Counted from the whole stretch's first letter, positions 1-13,199 are shown. The stretch: 63,119 nucleotides of DNA, filler included, from Octopus bimaculoides (GCF_001194135.2; 5 parts of 5 records of this genome joined end to end with filler, not necessarily neighbours in it), one strand, 5' to 3'. Numbers and translations: made by a program. Notes: generated by a model from the letters alone, not told the origin.

Positions 1-41
<41 letters not shown>

Positions 42-147
42 ATGTATTCTTTTATTCTTTTACTTATTTCAGTCATTTTGACTGTGGCCATGCTGGAGCA
101 CCACTTTAAGGGATTTTAGTCAAACAAATCAATCCCACGACTTATTC

Positions 148-534
148 AGCAGTGAGTTACTTATCCCCCATTTTGAATATGCATCAAGCATATTCGGACT
201 GATAATAACATTGCAATTTTGCTTATCACTGCTTAGCGCTCACCATCCGTAATTTACTTGCAGTGAGTTACCATATAGTGCTGCCGGTCATTGTATGGTG
301 ATTGGAAAAGCATAAGAGAGGTAATCTCTTATTTTGGCCCACAGTGTCATCTGTTTAGTGTCTGTGACTGATGAGGAGACAACTACTTTGAAATGTTAAA
401 ATCTCAAAGTTTAGGTATGTGACGCTGTGAGCTGATCTAGGTGTATACACACCATTTGTCAACAAGTGACTGAGTAGCTTGTTCTCCAGTTTGAACATGT
501 ATCAAGCATATTCAGACTGATAATAACATTGCAA
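148..534 (+). mobile_element. Retrozyme-like insert: ~318-nt unit plus ~65-nt terminal redundancy, carrying a hammerhead
   Basis: Flanked by TTATTC at 142-147 and 535-540; SINE sequence resumes across it (compare GACTTATTCTTTGTAAGCC near 59386); repeats 155-218 and 473-536 differ at 9 of 64 positions. Confidence 0.7.
362..409 (+). ncRNA. Type I hammerhead ribozyme motif
   Basis: Stem I CUGUGA(362-367)/UCAAAG(404-409), 5 of 6 pairs; CUGAUGA 368-374; stem II GGAG/CUUU; GAAA 390-393; near-palindromic helix III AUGUUAAAAU; AUC triplet 401-403. Confidence 0.65.
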
Positions 535-687
535 TTATTCTTTGTAAGCCTAGTATTTATTCTATTGGTCTCTTTTGCTGAACTGCTAAGTTACAGAGAC
601 ATAAACACACCACCATCAGTTTTCAAGTAATGGCAGGGTGGAGGGATAAACATAGACACAAATACACAAATATATACATAGATATAC

Positions 688-755
<68 letters not shown>

Positions 756-1559
756 GGCAGGCTTCTTTCAGTTTCTTTCTACCAAATCCACTCACAAGGC
801 TTTGGTCAGCCAGAGGCTATAGTAGAAGGCACTTGCTCAAGGTACCATGCAGTGGGATTGAACCTGGAATCATGTGATTGAGAAGAAAGATTTTTACTAC
901 ACAGCCATGCATGTGCCTATGTGTATATATAAATTCAGTAGAAGCAATTGTTGGATTTATTAGGTGAGATCTATAATAAAGATATAAATTCTTCTAAAAT
1001 TCTGCAAAAGGATATTTGGATTTACAAGTCATACATGAAGATTTACCTCTGATGTGTATTCTACTTACATTTACTGGTATCTGATTGATAAACATTTATA
1101 AACAAATTCTTTTAATACTGAGTGCTTTATTGATATCTACCAAAATTTTTTAATCCCATTTTTTCTTTTGTGTGTGTGTGTGTGTGTTGTTATTTTTTGG
1201 AATGGTCATTTTTTTTGCCAAATAAACACATGCAGTATATACTCATTCTTCACTTCAGGTTTATTATTGTTCTTATTTTATGTCCTTTGTCTGGAAATAT
1301 TTTGTCACACACCCTGTGACCTCGTCAGCAACTCTCCAGACAAAGGACATAAAATAAGAACAAAAATAAACTTGATGTAAAGAATGAATATATAGTGCAT
1401 GTGTTTATTTGGCAAAAAGAATAAAAGTGACCATCCCAAAATATAACAATATCTGTTTCAACACATGATTTCACATCAGGCTTTAATAACTATCAATAAA
1501 TACAAAAATTATACATCATTGTAAGAGCTTAGTGTGTCTTCTTGTTTCAAACTAAATAA

Positions 1560-2036
1560 ATTCAGATTCACAAATTAAATAATGGTTAGACCAAAATACA
1601 ATCATAACCTTCCACAAAGGAGACAAAAGCAATACAGCTATAGCAAAAAAGCTTAAAATTAACTGAACAATAGTCTAGAAAATTGTCAAAAAATTTCAAG
1701 AGATTGGTTCCACTGCTGATCAACCTGGACATGGGCAAAAAAGAAGTGTGCAGACCCCTCAACCCATCAAAAGTACCAGAGAAGATATGGCAAAATCCTC
1801 ATCGTTCTGTTAGAAAACTGGCTGCCATAGCAAAAATACGCCAAATATTGATGTATCAAGTGCTGAAGGAGGATCTCAGCACCCACCCTACAGAGGTGGC
1901 CATATTGAATAAATGTGGTAGTGTCATAATTGTGTTTCCTTTACTATTGCATTACAATGCTCAGACCTGAAATATAACAATATTTTGCTTTGGCAAAATA
2001 AAAAAAGTTGGTTGCCTTAATTTGGGGACACCTTGT
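1560..2036 (+). mobile_element. Tc1/mariner-family fragment (N-terminal HTH region and a TIR-like end)
   Basis: Peptide KIWQNPHRSVRKLAAIAKIRQILMYQVLKEDL resembles a Tc1/mariner HTH; ends in TTGGGGACACCTTG (reverse of a CAGGGTGTCCC-type TIR). Confidence 0.55.
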
Positions 2037-2057
2037 GTGTATATATATATATATATA

Positions 2058-5000
2058 TTAGGTTGCCAAGTATGAAGTTTGTAGTAAGGTATATGGTAAA
2101 ATTTGAGAGCTGCTCATTTTGTGCTTTATAAAGTATTTATAAATTATTTTTTGCTATTTTTGTTTAGAGATGGATTAGTCAGAAATTCATAGTTTTGAAA
2201 TATGAGCTCTTTCTTGGAAATACAGCATCACAGACAGCTCGGAATATTGATGGAGTATTTCATTCTAATGTTATTACACAGCAGACAGTATCAAATTGGT
2301 TTGCAAAATTTCGTTCTGGTAACTTTGACCTCACAAATGAGCAATGCGGTTGACCAGTGACAAAGGTGGATAATGATGAACTGAAAGCCACCGTCAAGTC
2401 AGATCCATCACAAAGTACTCATGAATTATCGTTGTTGTTTGGTGTTAGTAAGCAAACAAAAATAACTCACCTAGTTCAAATTAGTAAAGTGAAAAAGTTG
2501 GATAAGTGGGTTCCACATGAACTCAATGAAAATCAGAAACAACAATGTTTGGAAGCCTGCATTATGCTACTTTCTAGTCACAAAATTGAATTATTTTTTA
2601 ATCGAATTGCAACATGTGATGAGAAATGGATCCAATACAACAACTAAACATTCAGCACAATGGTTGGACAAAGACCAGCCACCAAAACACAGTCCAAAAA
2701 CCAAAATTCATCAAAGGAAGCTGATGGTGTGTGTTTAGTAGTCTGGCACAGGTGTGATCCATTATGATTTCATTAAATCTGACTCATCAATCACAGTCAA
2801 AGTATACTTCAGTCAACTGCAGAAACTTACAATAAACAGCCTAGATTAGTCAACAGATCCACTCCTATTTTATTGCAAGACAACGCCAGACCACATATTG
2901 CAAAATTGACATTGGCAAAACTACAGGAGTTGGAGTTAGAAGTTCTCCATCATCCACCATACTCACCTGATTTTTCCCCCACTGACTACCACTTCTTCCA
3001 GAATTTGGATAACTTTTTGATAGGAAAAAAATTTAATTCCAATGATGGTCAGAGATTTAGGAATGTCCTTACCGAGAAATTTAATGACAGGGAGGAGGAG
3101 CTACAGTCCTGTGACATAGAAAGCAGCTGGCAATTCCTGTGAAACAGCTTGCTGAGTGCCACAGACCATATCTGTAGCTGGTGCAAAGTCCCTTCTAGAT
3201 CTAGGGTAACATGGTGGTGGAACAATACTGTAGACAGGGCCATTAGAGCAAAGAAACAGGCTTGGAATAGGGACAGCAGGAGAAAGGGAAGCTAAGAGAC
3301 AGGTATATATAGCCAAGGAAGTAGCAGAAAAGAAGTTTGCCTATGTTCAGCAATGTGAGGACCAACGAACTGAAGTATTTCGAGTTGCAAGAGTGTGTGA
3401 GAGAGAGTATTGTGATGTCATAAGTGAGAAATGTGTCCGCATGGATGATGGTGCACTTGCTTTTAATGAGTCTGCAGAGAAAATGGCTTGGCGAAGCCAT
3501 TATGAAAGACTGCTGAATGTGGAGAATGAATGGGAGCAGGAGAGTCTGCCAAAGGCTGGTCCCTCAATTGAGGGACCAGCCATCCGAATCAACAGTACTC
3601 AGGTAGATAAAGCAACTAAGGATATGAAGACAGGGAAAGCACCTGGCCCATCAGGAAACACTGCAGAGACGCTTAAAATATCAGGTGGTGTAGGTTATAG
3701 TCTTGTCACCTGCATCGTAAATCAGGTAGTTCATGAAGGAGTCATACCTGGTGACTGGTGTAGCAGCACCATAGTCAATTACTACAGGGGAAAAGGTGAT
3801 GCTTTAGATAGAAATAACCACAGGGGTATAAAGTTATTGGATCAGGTAATGAAAGTTACAGAGAGGGTCATAGCCCAACTAATTAGGGAGAGAGATTCAG
3901 TTTGGTTTTGTGCCAGGCAGAAGCACCACTGATGCTATATTTCTGGTAAGGCAACTTCAGGAGAAATACCTAACCAAAGATAAACCTTTGTACTTGGCTT
4001 TTGTTGACTTGGAGAAAGCCTTTGACAGGGTCCCCTGATCCCTTATCTGGTGGTCAATGCAGAAACTGGGAATAGACAAGTGGCTGGTAAGAGCTGTACA
4101 AGCCCTGTACAGGGATGCTGTAAATATCCCTGAAGATGTACAGAAAACAGATTCCATCACATGCCATGGGGAGAAACTGGAAGTAGTTAATAGCTTCTGG
4201 TACCTAGGTGACCCAGTCTGTATTGGGGGTGGTTGCTCTGAGAGTGTAGCGACTAGAGTAAGAATAGCCTGGGCTCCTATCTCTGCTGGTAACTAAGGGC
4301 CTCTCACTCAGGGTGAAAGGTAGACTGTATGATGCATGTGTGCAAACTGCCATGCTACACGGCAGTGAAACATGGGCCACGAATGCTGAGGACATGCATA
4401 GGCTTGAAAGAAATGAAGCTAGTATGATCCGCTGGATGTGTAATGTCAGGGTGCATACACAACAGAGTGTAAGCACCCTGAGAGAAAAGTTGGGCATAAG
4501 AAGCATCAAACGTGGTGTGCAAGATAGACGACTGCACTGGTATGGACATGTGTTACATATGAATGAAGACAGCTATATGAGGAAGTGCCACTCCCTAATT
4601 GTAGAAGGAACCTGTGGAAGAAGTAGACCCAGGAAGACATGGGATGAGGTGGTGAAGCATTACCTTCGAACATTGGGCTTCACAAAGGCAATGACAGGAG
4701 ACCAGGACCTTTGGAGTTATGCTGTGATCGAGAAGACCTGGCAACTAAAGTGAGATCGCAGCCACGCATGTCTGGCCCTGATGCGTCAGGCAATATGATA
4801 TGCTTGAGAAGACCTGTTGAGTCAACTAAAACCAATACTGTAGCTGAGGCTGGTGCCCCCTGTCTGACTCCCATGCCGGTGGCTCATAAAAAGCACCAAC
4901 CAATCGTAACTGATGCCAGTACCTCCTGACTGGCTCCTGTGCTGGTGGCACATAAAAAGCAGCATCCAAACGTGATTGTTACCAGGCTTGCCCGACTGCC

Positions 5001-5427
5001 TCCTGTGCCAGTGGTATGTAAAAAGCACCCACTACACTCTCGGAGTGGTTGGCATTAGGAAGGGCATCCAGCTGTAGAAACTTTGCCAGATCAGATTGGA
5101 GCCTGGTGTAGCCACTGGCTCTCCAGACCTCAGTCAAACTGTCAAACACATGCGAGCATAGAAAACAGATGCTAACTGATGGCGACAGCGACAACGACAG
5201 CAATGATGACAACTATGACGACGACGACAATGACAATGACAATGTAAAACAGGCCTTCCAGGATTTTATTGACTCTAGATTGCCAGGCTTTTACAGTTCT
5301 AGGCTGGACAAGCTACCACTGAAACGGAAAAAGTGCATTGACAATATGGGTGCATACTATTCCTTGTATTTATAAAACATTAGAAGACCTTTTTTCTTTT
5401 CTACAAATTTCATACTTGATTACCTAA
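2058..5427 (+). mobile_element. Mariner (Mos1/SETMAR-like) DNA transposon, dead, interrupted by an RTE insertion
   Basis: TIRs TTAGGTTGCCAAGTATGAAGTTTGTAG (2058-2084) and CTACAAATTTCATACTTGATTACCTAA (5401-5427), both flanked by TA; motifs WVPHEL, TCDEKW, QDNARPH, HPPYSPDFSPTDY; C-terminus VKQAFQDFIDSR resumes at ~5244. Confidence 0.92.
3049..5243 (+). mobile_element. 5'-truncated RTE-clade LINE with an internal RT deletion, 3' UTR and (GAC/GAT)n tail
   Basis: MKTGKAPGPSG, RGIKLLDQVMKV, AFVDLEKAFDRV, AMLHGSETW, LHWYGHV, GRSRPRKTW; frameshifts; tail 5180-5243. Confidence 0.92.
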
Positions 5428-6424
5428 TATATATATATGTGTGTGCACATACATACACACATGTTTGCACATGCATAAATAATACACATACACAAGTATA
5501 GACTTAAAGAGTAGTAAACAAAGAAAAAAGAGAGAAAAATGAAAACTACTATTTCAGTCAGACATCAGACACCACGAATAAAAAAAAAACTAAAGGTATC
5601 CATGAAAAATGTTGACCTTGGAACTCAAGTGCTTATAAATATAGAATTTAAACAAAAATAAAATTCATCTATTATCAAAGTGATTCAAATTTAATTTTAT
5701 ATCAATCTGAAATATACCCAAATTTAAAGAAGATTCAGAACTTCGATTGAAATTACCTAGGGGAAATTTACTAAAACAGGAATGTAGATAATGATTCCAT
5801 TGTTAGGAATAAACCAACTTCACGAAGAAGAGGTGAACATTAGGATATGTTTATTGACACAATACCAAAGTTTCCTATTAATACTCATATTAGGTGCTTT
5901 CTATGTGACACCGGCACCAGTAGAGTCAACAAGTAGCAGGTGAGAGAGGGAGTGGAACTGAAGGAAGTGGTTGTGTGCCAGGTGAAAGGTTAGAGTATAA
6001 TAGAGAGACAGAATTAGTTGTCTTAATATTGAGGAGACACTTAGCTACCCCAGTAGGACAAGAAAGGAGAGGAAGATGGGTAAGATTTAAAGAGAGAGAG
6101 TTAGAGAGATTGTCTGAGTGAGAGAGATAAATAGATGGTGTCACAGATGTATTGGGGGCCTACCCATAGGGTACAGTGTGAAGGAGGTATAAGTAGTACA
6201 GAGAGGATAGAGGGGAATGTTCCATAAGAGTGTGAGGGGAGGTATTTAGAGATGAGAAATATACGACTGTAGCAAGTGAAGGCAAGATAAATTGGAGTGA
6301 CTGAAAGGGGAGCATGGTAGATATGCAAGGACATTGAGAGAGTATAGATACGCACATGAGAAAGAGTGGGCCTGCAGCTGGTGGTAGGGATACTGGGAAG
6401 ATAGATTGTGGGGGAGTTTTGAGA

Positions 6425-8400
6425 GCCCTGTGAGACTCAACATCTGAAGATCATCTCTCAACACTTTGTCCTATGTCTTCTTGGGTCTACCCCATCCATA
6501 GATTCTCTCCACAATTAGAGATTGCAATTCTTTATGCAGTTGTCCTTTTCCATATGCATCATACAATCGTACTTCTTGCACACTACATCTGATGCCATGT
6601 ATAGCCAATTTTTCTCTTAACTCATTTACACTGTCATTCATGCACACTGATATTACCTATCCTGTGAAGTAGGCTGACTTCATTTCTTTCAAGTCTTTGC
6701 ATATCCTCTGTAGTCACAGTCAATGTTTCACTGCCCTGTAGTATAGATGTTTGTACACATACAATCTGCCTTTCACTGAGAGAGAGGCCCTTTGTAACCA
6801 ACAAAAGTAGTAGCTCTCTTAACTTTGCCTAGCCCATTCTTATTCTAGCAACAATTCTTTCAGAGCATTCTCCTCCACTACTAACTTGGTCACCTAGGTA
6901 GTGGAAGTTATCCACTACTTATAAGAATCTCCTTCAACATTTGAGGAAGTCTATTTTCTGTACATTTTTAGTGTTTATTGTACCTGCACATTTGCCACAC
7001 ACAAAGGCTACTTTCTCTGTTAACTCTCCAGTGATAACACTGCACCTCTTAAGTGTCAATAACTTACACTGGGTACTCTGAATGTAATTTCTACCTACAC
7101 CTTTTCTAAATATTGTGCAGGGCCATTTCCTGAAGGGGTTAGTCATTTGACTGTTCTCCTACTTACTAAGACTTTGGTCTTTGCTAAATTAACACTAAGC
7201 CCCTTTGATTACAGACCTTGCTCCCACACCTGAAATTTCTTCTCTAGTTCTGGTAGTGATTCAGCTATAAGAACAAGACAATTAGTATAAAGGAGCTCGA
7301 AGAACAGCCAGTCTTAAATTCCTCTGTTATGGCCTGAAGGGCTATGATAAACAAAAGAGAGCTGAGAACTGTTCCTTGGTAAACTCCTTCCTGTACACTA
7401 AATGTATTGCTATACTCATTGCCAACTTTCACCTTACTGGCAGTATCCATGTACATGGCTTGTACAGCTCTCACCAACTGCTCCTCTAACCCTAATTTCC
7501 ACATTGACCACCAAATAAGGGATTGGGGTACCTTGTCAAATGCTTCTTCTTGGCTAAATGCTTCTCCTGCAGTTGCTTTACTAGGAAGATAGCATCATAG
7601 TGCTTCTCCCTACCACAAAACTAAACTGCATTTCATCTAGGCTAACTCACTTCCAAATTAATTGAGTTATGACCCTTTCTGTAACTTTCATCACCTGGCA
7701 CAGCAATCTGATACTTGTTTCAGGTGTCACCTTTCAGTCTAAAGTATCACCTTTAACTCTGTAGCAGCTGATTATAATGCTGCTACACAAATCATTGGGT
7801 ATGACTCCCTCATGGACAACCTGATTAACTATATGGGTGACTAAGCCATATCCCACTCTGCCAGATATTTTTAAGCATCTCAGCAGTGATTCTTGATGGG
7901 TCAGGGACTTTCCCTCTCTTCATATCCTTAATTGCTTTATCTATCAAGCTACTGTTGATTCAGATTGCTGGTCCGTTTGTTACGTCCACGTTAAGCAGAC
8001 CCCCCTTCCCCCCATGCATTCTCTACATTTAGCAGCCTTTCATAGTGGCACTTCCAAGCATTTTTATTTGCAGAATCACTAACTGCAAGTGAACCATCAT
8101 CCATGTAAACACGCTTCTCTCTTACAACATCACAATTTTCCCTGACACACTGTCTTGCAATCTGAAATACCTTCAAGTCTCTAGGCATGAGCCCTAGAAC
8201 ATTGGAAAACTTCCTTCTTTTTGCTTCTCCCATAGCTAAATATACCTATCTCCCAGCTTCCCTTCTAGCTACCTGATATAGTTCCCTGCTACCACTACTC
8301 TTCTGATCCTTCAAGGATTCTGTTTCTTTGCTTTAATATAAGTTTCATCCTACATTTAATTTACCATCATTCATCCACTTCACACTTTCTGCATCTACCA
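6425..8400 (-). mobile_element. Decayed RTE-clade LINE (same family as 3049-5243)
   Basis: ORF-track peptides MWKLGLEEQLVRAVQAMY...GVYQGTVLSSLLF and CVRENCDVVREKRV...HYERLLNVEN; the YADD position reads YTNC near 7270-7290. Confidence 0.88.
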
Positions 8401-8844
8401 GAAAAAGAGGGTGTGGTATAAACCATTGCTTATGCAAAGATAAAAGAGCACTGATATTTAACCCACTGGTAAGTACACTTGTTCATATTTCCAATGCAAG
8501 CATGCTAGCTGAGCTTTTTCATATTGTGATACTGTTGCTACTAGTGAGCTTATGTTGATGGGAGGGAAACAAGAGAGGGGGGAGAGAGCTTTCTGTACAG
8601 GTTTTCAGTATAGAAAATAGGCTTTCAGAAGAAAGACTTCCAGTATAGTTGGTGAGGGGAAAAATGGAGGGCATGAACAACCAAGACACATGGCTGCACT
8701 GTGGCAGAGACATAGGAACAGAGAAAACGAAACAAAAAAAGTGAGCTGGTCCATCATAACAGAATTAATTAACTTGAATAATATTTAACACTTAAATACA
8801 TAAAACTATAATATATACATTTATATAAATATATTGCACATTTA

Positions 8845-8893
<49 letters not shown>

Positions 8894-9044
8894 CATAATT
8901 TTGTAGTGATAACATATAATAACAAATAATATATATAACAGAATATACACAACTTTACTACAGGTTATGATAACTGGGCTTGCAAACAGTATCAAAAAGA
9001 CCAATTCATGTGCCAACCCACACATAGAAAACTTTAAATTGAAC

Positions 9045-9420
9045 AACTGACAAACAACAACAGCCCCTCCATGCTGTAGAGAGACTCACCTACCTTGAGA
9101 GTTCACTATGAAGGAGTTTTGTCAGATGATAAAGTGAATGTGATGGTAAAAATCAGCTCTACCTTTGGATATCTTTGTCACAAGGTTTGGGAAGACCTAG
9201 TTTGACTATAACTACAAAACTTGACATACAGTACACTATGTGCTTTCCTAAGTAGATTCCAGCAGTGATAGAGTGGACATGTAGCAAGCGTTCCTCACTC
9301 CAAACTCCGTAAACAGACCTTCTTTGGTAAATTAGCAGTTGACTCTTGATCACATGGTGGCCCAAAGAGGAGATAAAAAAACATTTTCAAGACAACCTTG
9401 AAAAAGTGTGCCACTGTAAA
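9045..9420 (+). mobile_element. RTE/BovB-like RT C-terminal fragment
   Basis: GCTGTAGAGAGACTCACCTACCTTG reads AVERLTYL (VxxFTYLG-like), followed by an SSTFGYL-like segment. Confidence 0.5.
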
Positions 9421-11049
9421 AGAAATACATGGTTACCCAGTCTGAGGGAAGAGCAGGAAAATGAGAGAGAGAGAGTGGAAGACAGCAAGAGTGCAAGAAA
9501 GCAGGAGAGATATGGTGGCAGAGTGTTGGGCATACTCACTCACAAGGGATGGGGGATCAGATATAAATGGGATGGTTGAGTAAAAGTAGAGAGAGAGAGA
9601 GATGGTGGCAAGTACCAGGGCATACCCTTGAGGGATGGAGAAAATAATACAAACAGCAGGACATTGTCAAAGAAGCATCAGTAGAGGGTAGGGGAAAAGA
9701 ATGTAGTGAGTGGTGAGAATCTAAGTATATAGAGAGGGTGGAGGCTATCAGACAGCAATGATATAGTGAACAGGGCCATAAGGACAGAATAGAGGAGTAA
9801 GAGGTAAGCAAAGTACATGAAAGAAGCAATGTGAGAAAGAGAAGTAATGGAAAATGGATATTAGATGATGATAGCTGAGACGATGATGATGACAATGATG
9901 ATGATGACAATGATGATGATCTTTATCTTTTATCTTTTGTTTGTTTCAGTCTGTAAGCTGTGGTTATGTTGCAACACCACCAATGGTGCTGCTACACTTT
10001 TACCAATTCTCCTTCTTTAGCTGGCATTTGGTGAATAAGGGAGTTCAAAGTTGTTGCACTCAGTTGTATTTCTTATCCATGAAAGTCTACACAATAGACA
10101 ACTCAGTTGCATTTTGAACACATTCTACATCCACATCATGTAGGCCTCTTAACTCTTTTGGCCATAGGCCCTTGAATCATAATCTATTGCAGTATCTGAT
10201 CTTAAATCTGGATGGCAAAGATAGTGTCTAAGGCACTATGCAGTGCCTTATTTAAATTCTAAATTTTAGTGCAACACCTTCCAGGATCTTCCATACATTT
10301 TTTATCGCGTGACCTGTAAGTATTTCATTAAGCATGCATAATATACAACAAAGTATATTAAACACTTTTATAAGCCAATATTGTGTTCCACTGTGTTAGC
10401 AGTGTTATTACATCACTTGTTAGGGTTATCTCTATAATTTCTATAGAAATTATAGCCATCACTGATTTTATTATGTTTTGTATCAGAGATGTCTGATGTA
10501 AACAACAGCACTGAGATCGAAGATGAAAAATGGGTAATGGGCGTACATGACATACTGCAGGTGTTTTCACTCCTTCATCAGCACCCATCCAACCCATTAA
10601 TCATCCATGAACTCATTGCTTAAATAGCCACTAAGTATAGCAGTGTAGCATTATTGGATATACCAATTTTATACATTAAACAATTCCTGAAGCATAACGA
10701 AATACCGTGTCTCAACATGTCATTAACATTTACATACCAGCTTCCAAGAATGTGTTTATCATGTAAAATTTTAATGGGTTAGATGAGAGCTGATGAAAGA
10801 GCAAAAACTCCTGAAATATAGCATATATGCCATTACCTATTTTTTATTTTCAATCTCGTCGTTGTTTACATCAGGCATCTTGGATATGAAACATCATAAC
10901 AAATACAGTGCTGGTTATAATTTCTTTATTGCATATCCTGGGAGTAGAGTCATAACTCTTTCAGCTTTTCCCAGTAGCTGATCTGGATTGCTTCAAGTCC
11001 CATAATAGTTTTGCACTATGTGGTGTCAACAATCTGATAGTTGAAGACA

Positions 11050-12110
11050 AAAGGCCTCCAGAAGATCATCATGGTTTTTGTTCTGAAAGTTCTTAGAAAA
11101 AATCTGGCCAGCTGTCTACATTTCATTTCCATCTTAATATTATGCATATGGAAAGATGCATCATTACTCACATGGCCAGGTCATGTACTGATTGTTACTC
11201 TGGGATGGCAATCTCTCCTGATGTATTATTTTGCATGCTGCTAGTGAAGGACTTTGAACTTTTTAGCATTAAATCACATATTATTTTCTTCAATGTTGCA
11301 AGCGAGTAGCATCTCTAGGATACTTTTTTATCATCCTGATACTTTTTTATCATCAGCATAGCTAGTGAGGGTAACTGTCTGTATTGCTGAGGTTAAGTAT
11401 GTGAGAGCCAGCAATGAACAGCAGTAACTCCAAGATAGTACTTCATGGGATTCCACTCACTATCATTGTTCTAAGGAGATATCTGACTTCTATTTTTTAA
11501 AAAGGTCATGCAACCACTCCCATCGTTTTCTGACTATGCTGAGATCATGCAGTTTGTGACATATTACTTCATAATCAACTTTATTGAAGGCTTTTGTAAA
11601 GTTGAGATATATCACATCAACATTTGAATGGCTAAACAACTGTTTTAATACCCAATCATAATATTGGAGAACAGCTTCCTACTGGAAACCATGTTGGGTG
11701 TTAGTTAGCAAGTTATTTTTTTGAAAGAAAATGATTAGTTTCCTTAACAATACATTCCATGACTTTACTTGTATCTGAGGTCAGAGCAAGTAGACACAAT
11801 GTTTAACATCTCCCCTGCTTCTTCCTTATAAATGGCATATTATACCTTTGTTTAACTTGCTTGAAAGCTTTCTACTTGTATAGAAGCTCTGGAAGAGAAA
11901 CTGCAGCAGTTTAGCTAGGGATCTTTTACACATTTTTAAAAAGATTGCTGGGAATTCAAAAGAGCCAGTAGGCTAACTTCATCAATTGCTAGTATTATAT
12001 TTTTTGCTTGAATGAGAATCACCTGAAGAAAGTTCAGAGAGTGGTTGCCTATGTTGATAACAAAAGCTTCAATTTCAGAGTGAATGGCTGATTGCATGGT
12101 GCCTGTATAT
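11050..12110 (-). mobile_element. CR1/L2-group LINE RT fragment
   Basis: Minus strand 11621-11581 reads VDVIYLNFTKAFN, preceded by LLTNTQHGF. Confidence 0.75.
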
Positions 12111-12159
12111 AAACAGAAATGCTACATGGTTGTGAAACTTGGGCTTTAAATGCAGAAGA

Positions 12160-12335
12160 CATATTAAAACTAGAAAGAAACGAATCTAGCATGTTCCACT
12201 AGATGCACAATATTGTATACATGTATAACCAAGTGCAAATGTATTGAGAGAAAAATTGGGTATCAGAGGCTTCAGTTGTGGTGTGCTAGAGAGAAGACTG
12301 TATTGGTAAGGTCATGCGATGCAGATGGATGACAA
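12160..12335 (+). mobile_element. RTE C-terminal fragment
   Basis: LERNESSM...REKLGIRG...RRLYW*GH, paralogous to 4400-4560. Confidence 0.7.
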
Positions 12336-12339
12336 CAAC

Positions 12340-13190
12340 TTATAAAGAAATGATGGTCACTTATCGACCAGTCAGTCTGACATCCATCCTCTGCAAAGTC
12401 ACGGAGACCATCATCAAGAAATCTCTCATGAGCCATCTCCTTACTTCAAATGCTATATCCGACTCGCAACATAGATTCCTACCCCAAAGATCTTGCCTAA
12501 CCAATCTTCCCCTTCTTGAAAAGTGGATTACAAGGAGCATGGATGAAAAAGACACAGTGGACGTGGTATTTTTGGATTTCACAAAGGCATTTGACTCTGT
12601 TAATCACCGACTTCTCTTGCGCAAACTTTAAGCATATAAGATTCACCCATTGGTGACGTCCAGGCCTCAAATCTATATCTCCAGAAAGACATTCAGTGTC
12701 TGGAATGGGTTCAGCACTTAGCCACCTGAATGGTCACGGGTTTGTCTAAGCTTACATATGACGAACGTCTCCAACAGCTGGTATTACCTTCACTCGAACG
12801 ACGGAGGATGTGGGGAGATCTCATCCTGGCTTTCAACATCTTCAATGGGAATGTAAACCTACCATTTGTGGAGTTTTTCAACCCTGCACCAGATAGGGGT
12901 CTTTGTGGGCATGATCGCAAACTCTATCCCCAGTAATTTTGACTCAACAGGCAGAAAGCCACATTCTCTGTCCATATCGCAGCCCCATAGAACAAGCTAC
13001 CACAAGATGTCATTCAACTGCCCACCACTCCAGTGTTCAAAGAGGCTCTGGACAACTGTGGTGACTATGTATAAAACTGTATATAACAATAATTGTTTGT
13101 TTTTTTGGGGGGGCTATTTTTTGTTTTTTTTACATGGCTTAATCACATCATGCTTGTCTCCTGCCAATAAATTTTGATTTGATTTAAAAT
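12340..13190 (+). mobile_element. CR1-clade LINE 3' fragment with an internal deletion
   Basis: YRPVSLTSILCKVTE, QHRF, VDVVFLDFTKAFDSVNH, then a jump to LQKDIQCLE...YDERL...RRMWGDLI; AATAAA plus (TTTGA)n-like tail. Confidence 0.9.
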
Positions 13191-13199
13191 GTGGATGGA

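Larger units (their letters stand above)
50..918 (-). mobile_element. SINE family A (tRNA-like head + internal TA/CA microsatellite + conserved tail), split by the 148-534 insert
   Basis: Tail CAGTCATTTTGACTGTGGCCATGCTGGAGCACC (~70-102) and head AAATCCACTCACAAGGCTTTGG...GTGGGATTGAACCTGG (~784-867) match the other copies at 22279, 26142, 29034 and 59281; CpG sites are decayed in this copy. Confidence 0.85.

Noticed and set aside
5925-6420. GA-rich tracts (also 9425-9880) as LINE linker relics
   Set aside because: Only a faint VAKCLLNIK resemblance; too degraded to assign
10556-10587. Minus-strand GGGTG-CTGATGA-AGGAG...CACC
   Set aside because: Helix II 3' strand and the GAAA/NUH segment are absent
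10790-10830. CTGATGA...CTCCTGAAA hammerhead-like motif
   Set aside because: Helix II has a mismatch and no helix I or III partner is found
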